Below, piece by piece: positions 1 to 6,524 of a stretch of 40,000 nt of DNA; the stretch's first letter is position 1, and the number at the start of each line of letters is the position of its first letter. Below the pieces are notes generated by a model. It did no database searches. It was not told the origin of the DNA and saw only the letters and a program-made list of their open reading frames with translations. This DNA is from Desemzia incerta (GTDB taxonomy: Bacteria > Bacillota > Bacilli > Lactobacillales > Carnobacteriaceae), in the NCBI RefSeq assembly GCF_900115825.1, contig NZ_FOXW01000002.1, positions 51,795 through 91,794 on the forward strand, read 5' to 3'. The translations under genes were made by a program, and so were the position numbers.

Positions 1-695
1 TGCTCAATGAACTCTCCATTGATTTCTTTCAGTAAAAGAGGGACTTCAGTGATATAAGCATTTAAAGTCTCTGTTTTAGCATTGACATTTTCTAGAACCT
101 CTTTGGCTTCAATGTGATCTCCTTGAGCAGTAAACTCAGAAAAAAGCGAAAAATCCGTTTCCAATAAAGTCAGTTTTTGTTCCAATTGCTCTAGAGCCGG
201 ACCGAAACTGAAACTTTGAGTCAACAACTTCTTGCGAATCGTTTGATAGGTTTCTTTGATTCTATTTAATTCTTCTTTATTCTTTTCTTCGCCTCTCACC
301 AATTCTGTCAAAGCATCTTGGATCAACAGCAAGGTTTGTTTTGTTTCATCAAGCTTGCTTTTGGCACTTTCTTCTAAACTTCCTGCGTGACTAAACCGCA
401 ATTTATCAACAGCACGTTCTGCTTCATATAAATGGTTTTCGATTTCGGGTATAGAAACCGTCTCTACCTTTTTCCATTCATTTTCCCATTTTTCAAAATT
501 TTCTTTTGTTTGTCCTGTCAACTTCAGTGTCTTGATGACTTGTACATCATCCACTATCGGCATATCCAGCAACTGGATTTTTTGTTCTTCTAATTGATCT
601 ACTATTCGATAATGTTTTTTCCTCGTTATGTAACTGAAAATAAAAGCAGCTACTGCTAAGAGAAGAATAACAGCTATGATAATTTCAACTTTCAT
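1..695 (-). CDS. ezrA: Septation ring formation regulator EzrA, N-terminal part (gene runs off the left edge of the window)
   Basis: Absent from the ORF track because no stop codon lies in the window. Manual translation from ATG 695-693 gives MKVEIIIAVILLLAVAAFIFSYITRKKHYRIVDQLEEQKIQLLDMPIVDD...LKLTGQTKENFEKWENEW: one N-terminal TM helix, then a coiled coil typical of EzrA. SD GGAGGG lies 8 nt upstream. The ezrA/rpsD neighbourhood is conserved in Bacilli. Confidence 0.8.
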   Translation of the reverse strand, partial: MKVEIIIAVILLLAVAAFIFSYITRKKHYRIVDQLEEQKIQLLDMPIVDDVQVIKTLKLTGQTKENFEKWENEWKKVETVSIPEIENHLYEAERAVDKLRFSHAGSLEESAKSKLDETKQTLLLIQDALTELVRGEEKNKEELNRIKETYQTIRKKLLTQSFSFGPALEQLEQKLTLLETDFSLFSEFTAQGDHIEAKEVLENVNAKTETLNAYITEVPLLLKEINGEFIE

Positions 696-896
696 GTGTA
701 AAGCCCTCCGTTTGAAATGAACCACCCGTTTTATCCGTTCGTTTCACTTTTATGCATAAGGGATGGATTTTTTTCATTTTTCCTAGTAAAATACCTATTA
801 ATTAGTATAACATAATGAAAAATTTCTAACACTAGAAATAAAAAAATTCTGGAACAATCTTTAACGCGTTCCTAAAAAGAAAGTTGGAGTCCACAT

Positions 897-1364
897 ATGT
901 CAAAAGAAAGTAGCTATTCATTAATGAACAATCAACTCCGTGCTTTGATAGACGGAGAACCTAACTTGATCGCTAACCTGAGCAACGCATCTGCTTTGCT
1001 TTATGAAACGTTGCCTCAAATCAATTGGTCTGGTTTTTATTTATTTGAAGAGGCTTCTAAAGAGTTGGTTTTAGGACCGTTCCAAGGAAAAGTAGCTTGC
1101 GTAAGAATCCAACCTGGAAAAGGTGTTTGCGGAACAGCATTTGAGCAAAACCGTTCGATCGTAGTGGAAGACGTTAATCAGTTCCCTGGACACATTGCTT
1201 GTGATGCAGCGAGTCAATCTGAGATCGTTGTCCCTCTTGAAACGAAAAACGGAGAATTAATCGGTGTATTGGATATCGATGCTCCTATAACTGGAAGATT
1301 CGATGAAATCGATCAAAAATACCTGGAAGAATTCGCGGTTATTTTAATGAATGCGGTCAACTAA
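897..1364 (+). CDS. GAF domain-containing protein (free methionine-R-sulfoxide reductase / YtsP-like)
   Basis: 155-aa ORF with a GGAG SD 7 nt upstream. It shows the motif pattern of small GAF/fRMsr proteins (GFYL...LVLGPFQGKVACVRI..GKGVCG...VEDV..FPGHIACD..S.SEIVVPL). Confidence 0.85.
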   Translation: MSKESSYSLMNNQLRALIDGEPNLIANLSNASALLYETLPQINWSGFYLFEEASKELVLGPFQGKVACVRIQPGKGVCGTAFEQNRSIVVEDVNQFPGHIACDAASQSEIVVPLETKNGELIGVLDIDAPITGRFDEIDQKYLEEFAVILMNAVN

Positions 1365-1413
1365 AAGTTCTTTTTTTCTTAACACTTATATTGACATCAA
1401 AACAGAGAAACAC

Positions 1414-1443
1414 TTGACGTTTCACTGATTCGTAAGGTATACT
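1414..1443 (+). promoter_or_regulatory. Putative sigma-A promoter of rpsD
   Basis: TTGACG (1414-1419), 18-nt spacer, TATACT (1438-1443). It lies about 200 nt upstream of the rpsD start. Confidence 0.45.
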
Positions 1444-1642
1444 ACTGGTTGTGTAAAATAATGCAGCAAAAAAAGTGGTAACCGCGTCAACAGTTCATTG
1501 CCTAAAGAGTTAAATCTTTAGTTTAGTCCAATTGTGTAACCTGCGGCTGCAAAGGTGAAGATTGAAAATGAACTGCACGTATTACTGAACTTTTAACTTA
1601 ATTATTTTACTCCAAAAAATTATTCATTGGAGGAATTTTATA
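1444..1642 (+). promoter_or_regulatory. Long structured rpsD 5' leader (possible S4 autoregulatory leader)
   Basis: Untranslated leader of about 200 nt. A 9-bp long-range helix pairs CAGTTCATT (1491-1499) with AATGAACTG (1567-1575). S4 autoregulates rpsD translation through its leader in Bacillus. Confidence 0.35.
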
Positions 1643-2248
1643 ATGTCACGCTATACAGGTCCAAGTTGGAAAAAATCTCGTCGTTTAGGTATTTCATTAA
1701 CTGGTACAGGAAAAGAAATCGAACGTCGTCCTTACGCACCAGGAGATCACGGTCCAAACAGCCGTAGAAAATTATCTGAATACGGTTTGCAATTACAAGA
1801 AAAACAAAAATTACGTTTCATGTACGGTGTAAATGAACGTCAATTCTTCAACCTATTCTTAAAAGCTGGTACTATCAAAGAAGGAAAACATGGGGATAAC
1901 TTCATGATCCTTTTAGAACAACGTTTAGATAATGTTGTTTTCCGTTTAGGTTTAGCTACTACTCGTCGTCAAGCACGTCAATTAGTAAACCACGGTCACG
2001 TACTTGTAGATGGCAAACGTGTTGATATTCCATCATACAGCGTTCAACCAGGACAAGTAGTTTCAGTTCGTGAAAAATCTAAAAACATGGAAATCATCAA
2101 AGCAGCTGTTGAATCTGTATTTGGTCGTCCAGAATTCGTTTCTTTTGACGAAGAAAAATTAGAAGGTTCATTAACTCGTCTTCCATTACGTGAAGAATTG
2201 AGTGCTGAAATCGACGAAACTCTTATCGTTGAGTACTACTCAAGATAA
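1643..2248 (+). CDS. rpsD: 30S ribosomal protein S4
   Basis: 201 aa, [16 protein letters not shown]...S4 domain...VEYYSR. Strong SD GGAGGA. Confidence 0.98.
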   Translation: MSRYTGPSWKKSRRLGISLTGTGKEIERRPYAPGDHGPNSRRKLSEYGLQLQEKQKLRFMYGVNERQFFNLFLKAGTIKEGKHGDNFMILLEQRLDNVVFRLGLATTRRQARQLVNHGHVLVDGKRVDIPSYSVQPGQVVSVREKSKNMEIIKAAVESVFGRPEFVSFDEEKLEGSLTRLPLREELSAEIDETLIVEYYSR

Positions 2249-2312
2249 TAAGAATCATTCGACGATCTTTCTTAAAAGCTTGGAAATCTTTCATAGATTT
2301 CCAAGCTTTTTT
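2243..2312. repeat. Left copy of a 70-bp perfect direct repeat (putative attL): last rpsD codon, stop, 3'UTR and terminator
   Basis: AGATAATAAGAATCATTCGACGATCTTTCTTAAAAGCTTGGAAATCTTTCATAGATTTCCAAGCTTTTTT is identical base for base to 5860-5929. Confidence 0.95.
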
Positions 2313-2313
2313 T
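2276..2313 (+). terminator. rpsD intrinsic terminator
   Basis: Perfect 14-bp stem AAGCTTGGAAATCT / AGATTTCCAAGCTT, 5-nt loop, then T7. Confidence 0.85.
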
Positions 2314-3048
2314 ATAGAATTTTTTTAATTTTTAATAACAGTTAGAATGATTTAGGAAAATCAAAATTGATAGTCGCATTCTATTACTCGTCTGTTTTAT
2401 TCGGTTGTTTCAAACCTTTTTCGGTAACCAAAGGTGTCTTCTATATTCATTGAAATTCACGTAGTTCTTTACTACCCAATTAACGATGACAACAACCTGC
2501 CATTATTCTCATATCTATAAATCATATATGAGAGCAACATTTCTCTTAAAAAGTAACAGTGATTTTAACGCCACTTGTTTGCCGCTGAAGTATGAATGTT
2601 AAAAACTTGTTGTTTTTTAACGTTATAGTAGTTATTATAACGTTAAAAGATGTGTCACCGACGAGCGATATATTATTGCAAAAGAAAATACAAATTGAAT
2701 ACTGCAATTTTGTTAACGAAAATATGGAAGCAAAACTCAAAAGAGTCCATTACAAAATGGCTTCATCCTTTTGATTGCTGATTCAAGGGTATATTAGCTA
2801 TATGCAGTACATATAAATTGAAATAAGATAACCTGCTAAAACATTGGAAAAAACCATAGAAATAAGTTGTCAATCTATAAAAAATGCTCTAGTCACTGCA
2901 GCTAACAGTAACTAGAGCTCAACTCCTTGATATGTAGATATAAAAAGTTCAAGGCTAAAAATTTAAGTAAACAAACTGAAAACTGATGAGAACAGTTTTC
3001 AAAGATACGTTTTCCTTATATACATTATACCATATTGGAGGTTTTATT

Positions 3049-3741
3049 TTGAAAAAAATTGTTGGTGGATTATTATTATCACTTTCGGCGGTAACACTAA
3101 TGGCGTGTTCTGGTGGTTTAGATAATACAGGAAAAGAAACATCTAAGGATAGCAACGCAGCTACATCTTCTAGTGCCATTGAACCTGTAGATGAAAACTA
3201 TGTAGAGAAAGGTAAATTGTTAGAAGTTGGACAATGGACTGATGACGAAGGTTATGGCGGTAAGATTACTCTTGCTAAATTAGCTAGTCCAAAAGAAACT
3301 ATTCAAATCTTAGATGGTTTTTCTATATTAATTAATGATATCAAAATACTTGAGTATTCTGAAGTTGATCAAAATTTATTAGAATCAGACGTTTCGGATG
3401 GATTTATCCCAGAGAATTCACTAACTGAAGATGGTTTTTATACTATTCAAATTGACTACGTAGTTACTAATGATACAGATAATGCTTTAGATTTTTATGG
3501 TTTAAACTATATTGTCACTGATCAAGGACAACAAATAGACGTTATGATGGATAACTTAAACTACAGCAATACTACAACTTTCCAACCAAATACTAAAGTC
3601 GAAGATTACATAGTAGCACCAATTAACGCTGAAGCTATGAGTGATTTAAGCAAAGTCACCTTAACTACGTCAGAGTTATGGGATGAAAGTGATGGTTCTC
3701 AATTAGTTGATGAAAAATCTATAGAAGTAAACTTTAATTAA
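3049..3741 (+). CDS. Putative secreted lipoprotein (island cargo)
   Basis: A TTG start at 3049 follows SD GGAGGT and is in frame with track ORF 2986..3741. The N-terminus MKKIVGGLLLSLSAVTLMAC carries lipobox L-M-A-C. The mature part is Ser/Thr/Asp-rich and looks beta-rich. Confidence 0.8.
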   Translation: MKKIVGGLLLSLSAVTLMACSGGLDNTGKETSKDSNAATSSSAIEPVDENYVEKGKLLEVGQWTDDEGYGGKITLAKLASPKETIQILDGFSILINDIKILEYSEVDQNLLESDVSDGFIPENSLTEDGFYTIQIDYVVTNDTDNALDFYGLNYIVTDQGQQIDVMMDNLNYSNTTTFQPNTKVEDYIVAPINAEAMSDLSKVTLTTSELWDESDGSQLVDEKSIEVNFN

Positions 3742-3755
3742 TAACTTAATTACTT

Positions 3756-3804
3756 AAAAAATAAAAATGCAGCACTCTCCCCGACCAAAGGTTGAGTGCT
3801 GCAT
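3756..3804. terminator. Hairpin terminator after the lipoprotein gene, better suited to leftward (minus-strand) transcription
   Basis: Perfect 11-bp stem ATGCAGCACTC (3767-3777) / GAGTGCTGCAT (3794-3804). The plus-strand downstream tract is poor (CATTTGAG). The preceding A-run AAAAAATAAAA gives a good U-tract on the minus strand. Confidence 0.5.
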
Positions 3805-3867
3805 CATTTGAGTTAGATATTGAATAGTACACGTTAATTTTTAAGTTTTAATTCAGGTGTATTCAAA

Positions 3868-4118
3868 ATGAAATTTGGAATTCGAAAGCCTAGTATTAAG
3901 AATCAATAATCTCTAGGACAACAGGAAAAACTAAAAGAGCTATTAAAGTAGAAATAATAACAAATTCCTTCTTTCTGATTCGGAAGTGGCGAAAAAGAGG
4001 TGAACAATATTTACGAAATAATTACATCTATCCTGGTCTGTGGTTTGCTTGCAGGGTGCATAAAATTTATAACAAAATAAAAACAACCCACTCCCCTACT
4101 TTGGACGGTGAGGAGTGA
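3868..4118 (+). pseudogene. Possible frameshifted gene remnant (MKFGIRKPSIKNQ* followed by a 70-codon Met-less frame)
   Basis: The ATG at 3868 opens 13 codons ending at TAA 3907-3909. A frame offset by one nucleotide (codons starting at 3909, overlapping the last base of that TAA) stays open to TGA 4116-4118 (ISRTTGKTKRAIK...). From memory, the lysine-rich N-terminus resembles small conserved hypothetical proteins of Firmicute mobile elements. This is unverified. Confidence 0.25.
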
Positions 4119-4119
4119 G
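4073..4119 (-). terminator. Minus-strand-specific intrinsic terminator just beyond the 5' end of the 227-aa gene
   Basis: On the minus-strand RNA, CUCACUCCU pairs with GGGAGUGGG (9 bp including two G-U pairs) around a 15-nt loop, followed by UUGUUUUUAUUUU. On the plus strand the same positions give C-A mismatches and no U-tract. Confidence 0.5.
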
Positions 4120-4181
4120 ATAAATAACGCATTATGGAATATCTTTGTATTATTATACCATAAGATCGAGGTGAATTTTAA

Positions 4182-4865
4182 GTGTCCAATACTTATTTAA
4201 TTGCAAAAACAAGCAATTTTAATAGAAATTATTCAATAGACCCTAACGTACAAACAAGTCTGCTAGATGCAGATGGATTAGCTATCACAGAAGGAGATCC
4301 GGAAACTAGGATGCAACACTCTACAAATATACAAGTTGATAATAAAGATGTTGCAGTCTACACTATTCATCATGATTATAAAGTGAAAAAAACAGGAAAA
4401 GTTTTTGATAGAATATTTCATTATTACTTAGATCCAAAAGATTTTTATCTTTACTATGTTGAAGCAGAAAGTCTTTTGTTAGTCCGTGCTCAAAAAGATG
4501 TTGCAAAAGATTTTTTAAGTTACTTATCTCAAGAATTTCCTAATTTTAAATATGAAATACTGGAGCCTAATTTAAAAACTATAATGTCTAAAGTCGATGG
4601 GTTAAAAGGAGCCTGGATTTCCGTTGTAAAAGATGGCGTAAATACAGAAGCTTATTTTGGAAGCGAAGTAGAAAATGACGATGATGTTCGTGAGGGAATA
4701 GATAACGAAAAAGCCACGTATATAACCTTCATCTACTTGTTTGCAGACAAAGAAATATATTGTGGCATTTCTAAAAAAGGAAATATTACATTGTATGACG
4801 ATTCTCTAACGGATGATGAAAAACAGGTAATCATCATGCGAATATACGAGCACTTAATTAAATAA
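4182..4865 (+). CDS. Orphan hypothetical protein, 227 aa, soluble and acidic (island gene A)
   Basis: GTG start with SD GAGGTGA 7 nt upstream. The next in-frame Met is at codon 44. There is no TM segment, no P-loop, and no catalytic motif that I recognise. Confidence 0.75.
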   Translation: MSNTYLIAKTSNFNRNYSIDPNVQTSLLDADGLAITEGDPETRMQHSTNIQVDNKDVAVYTIHHDYKVKKTGKVFDRIFHYYLDPKDFYLYYVEAESLLLVRAQKDVAKDFLSYLSQEFPNFKYEILEPNLKTIMSKVDGLKGAWISVVKDGVNTEAYFGSEVENDDDVREGIDNEKATYITFIYLFADKEIYCGISKKGNITLYDDSLTDDEKQVIIMRIYEHLIK

Positions 4866-5633
4866 GTTGTTATTCGATATTGCTATATACTCTTTTGAAA
4901 TAGATTTTATTTGGGCTAAAGAAGTAGAATGAATTGAAATATTATTATTTTTTATAAATACAGTTCCTTCATCAAGCTCATACTTCATATTAAAATTCAA
5001 TTTATCAATTTTTTCAAAATTGTTTAAATATACTTTATAAAATGGATTGAAATCATCCAATTCAATTGATAACAAACATGAAACATCCGTTGGATGGATA
5101 AAGTTAGAACGAATAATTCCTTCTACTTCTGAGTACGTAGTGTATAAATCACTCAAAGAATTTCTATATGATGTTCGATATTTAGAAGATATTCTAACTT
5201 CATATTCATCAGGATTTTCTATTGATAGCACATATTGATTTTGATTTACACTGATTTCATACTTGGTTAAGTTTTTATTATAAGAATTAGGAAATTTAAA
5301 ATCCGAATATTTGCTTGACAGGTCTTTAAAAATATCTTCAGTAAGGTTTTCATTAATCTGATTAACAGAATACACCGTAGTGATTTTCCAAGAGACAGAT
5401 GGATTTGCTATATAAACAATCAGTTTTCTCCAGTTAGTGAATATCCAATTAACGTGTGAATAGCTGTAACTACATATAAAAATAAAGTACCCTATTAATT
5501 CTATAAAAGAAGTTACTCTTGAAGTGTTTGAACTTTCTTTAAATGAATTAATGTAGTTGATACTCAATACAGCGAAGGCTATCCATGCAATAATTACTAA
5601 CACAAGAGGGGTATACTTTTTTATCTTATCCAC
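4854..5633 (-). CDS. Orphan membrane protein with two N-terminal TM helices and a ~190-aa Asn/Ser/Tyr/Lys-rich C-terminal domain (island gene B)
   Basis: The track ORF runs 4854..5645, but GTG 5645 has no SD. The sequence AGGTGGTGA (5647-5639) is itself a strong SD, 5-8 nt before the in-frame GTG at 5633. TM1 is roughly YTPLVLVIIAWIAFAVLSINYI and TM2 roughly FIELIGYFIFICSYSYSHVNWIF. Positive residues flank both helices, which puts the C-terminal domain in the cytoplasm. Confidence 0.75.
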   Translation of the reverse strand: MDKIKKYTPLVLVIIAWIAFAVLSINYINSFKESSNTSRVTSFIELIGYFIFICSYSYSHVNWIFTNWRKLIVYIANPSVSWKITTVYSVNQINENLTEDIFKDLSSKYSDFKFPNSYNKNLTKYEISVNQNQYVLSIENPDEYEVRISSKYRTSYRNSLSDLYTTYSEVEGIIRSNFIHPTDVSCLLSIELDDFNPFYKVYLNNFEKIDKLNFNMKYELDEGTVFIKNNNISIHSTSLAQIKSISKEYIAISNNNLFN

Positions 5634-5655
5634 CCATATCACCACCTATATTTAC

Positions 5656-5683
5656 ATTATACACAAAAAGGAACATATGTTCT
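5656..5683 (-). promoter_or_regulatory. Extended -10 promoter of gene B overlapped by a LexA (Cheo) box
   Basis: The minus strand reads GGTAGAACATATGTTCCTTTTTGTGTATAATG. The extended -10 TGTGTATAAT is at 5665-5656. GAACATATGTTC (5682-5671) matches the Firmicute LexA consensus CGAACATATGTTCG in all 12 core positions and covers the -35 region. Confidence 0.55.
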
Positions 5684-5859
5684 ACCTTAACTATTTATTA
5701 GAGTAGAACGATTTTTAATCTACTGGCCTACGTTAAATTTTTTCTCATAGCTCTTTTTGTCGACTAATAATATCACACTTAAGGATGTGATAACAAATCC
5801 TTTCTAGATTCCCATCCGGCAATCTGTAAGGAATGAATTACGAGTACGACATTGAAACC

Positions 5860-5929
5860 AGATAATAAGAATCATTCGACGATCTTTCTTAAAAGCTTGG
5901 AAATCTTTCATAGATTTCCAAGCTTTTTT
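5860..5929. repeat. Right copy of the 70-bp perfect direct repeat (putative attR)
   Basis: Identical to 2243-2312 at all 70 positions (checked base by base). Confidence 0.95.
5893..5929 (+). terminator. Duplicated copy of the rpsD terminator hairpin
   Basis: It has the same 14-bp stem as 2276-2308, followed by T6. It would stop rightward transcription leaving the island before yueI. Confidence 0.6.
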
Positions 5930-6048
5930 GTTTCCCCTTTATTTCACACTTGTGTTTTCATTTATCTACGTCCCAGTTTTTGTTTTTAATCAGCAAAATG
6001 TGGTACTATTGGTAATGAGACGAATTATTTTTGAATGAGGTGTTATAC

Positions 6049-6495
6049 ATGGTCAATAAAGATGCCAATGATTACTTGCAAAAAGGACAATATGGTGTTA
6101 AACAAACGTTGATTTCAGAACGAAAAGAATTCATGGGCAGTTTACGAGAAAGAGTTTATTTGACTGCACGACTAGAGCAGCTTTCCCAAGAGAATGCACT
6201 TCAAGCTTTCCAAGATGAATTTCAAAAACATCCAGATGGCCATTTGCTGTTGAATGGTACATTTGGTATGAGTTTCTTTGACGGCTATATCAAAGAAAGT
6301 AAACATATGGGGATTCCATTCACTCTAATAGCCAATGAATATGCACAAACCACCCCTTATGCAATCATTTATACTGCTTCGACTGCTGTAGATGAACCCA
6401 TTATTGACCTTGCCGAGAAATACCCTCTTCCTCTAAAGAGTGAGCCTCAACAAAAAAGTCAGAAAAAGTCATTCTTTAAACGCTTTTTCTCCTAA
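6049..6495 (+). CDS. YueI-like protein (DUF1694 family)
   Basis: ATG 6049 follows SD GAGGTG; the track ORF starts 18 nt earlier at a TTG. The N-terminal pattern DYLQKGQYG...ERKEFMGSLRERV is typical of YueI/DUF1694 proteins. Confidence 0.7.
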   Translation: MVNKDANDYLQKGQYGVKQTLISERKEFMGSLRERVYLTARLEQLSQENALQAFQDEFQKHPDGHLLLNGTFGMSFFDGYIKESKHMGIPFTLIANEYAQTTPYAIIYTASTAVDEPIIDLAEKYPLPLKSEPQQKSQKKSFFKRFFS

Positions 6496-6524
6496 TTCTT
6501 AATTTATACAGGAGTGATTTAAAC

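Larger units (their letters stand above)
2313..5859. mobile_element. AT-rich insertion (about 3.5 kb) at the rpsD 3' end, bounded by 70-bp direct repeats; integrase-less island or decayed integrative element
   Basis: The region is flanked by 70-bp direct repeats. Its composition is much more AT-rich than the flanks (4981-5040 has 7 G/C in 60 nt, against 29 in 60 at 19021-19080). It holds only orphan genes and no recognisable recombinase. Confidence 0.55.

Noticed and set aside
2546-2774. Two mutually overlapping ORFs (2546..2740 minus, 2592..2774 plus) in the island's left arm
   Set aside because: They lack SDs and are Ile/Phe/Asn-rich low-complexity products of AT-rich DNA. They overlap each other and the 13-bp inverted repeat. 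I treat the region as noncoding.
5047-5238. A 63-aa plus-strand ORF inside island gene B
   Set aside because: It is antisense to the longer and better-supported membrane-protein ORF. It has no SD.
5679-5709. GTTCTAC-N17-GTAGAAC inverted repeat considered as a second LexA site
   Set aside because: The spacing is wrong for a Cheo box (GAAC-N4-GTTC). It shares its left arm with the real box. I treat it only as a weak hairpin or possible rightward terminator.
5842-5859. Possible extended rpsD-like homology left of the right repeat (GAGTAC...; reading ...YEYDIETR* against rpsD ...VEYYSR*)
   Set aside because: Only a 6-mer match with different spacing (18 versus 12 nt). This is too weak to claim an alternative rpsD 3' end carried by the element.
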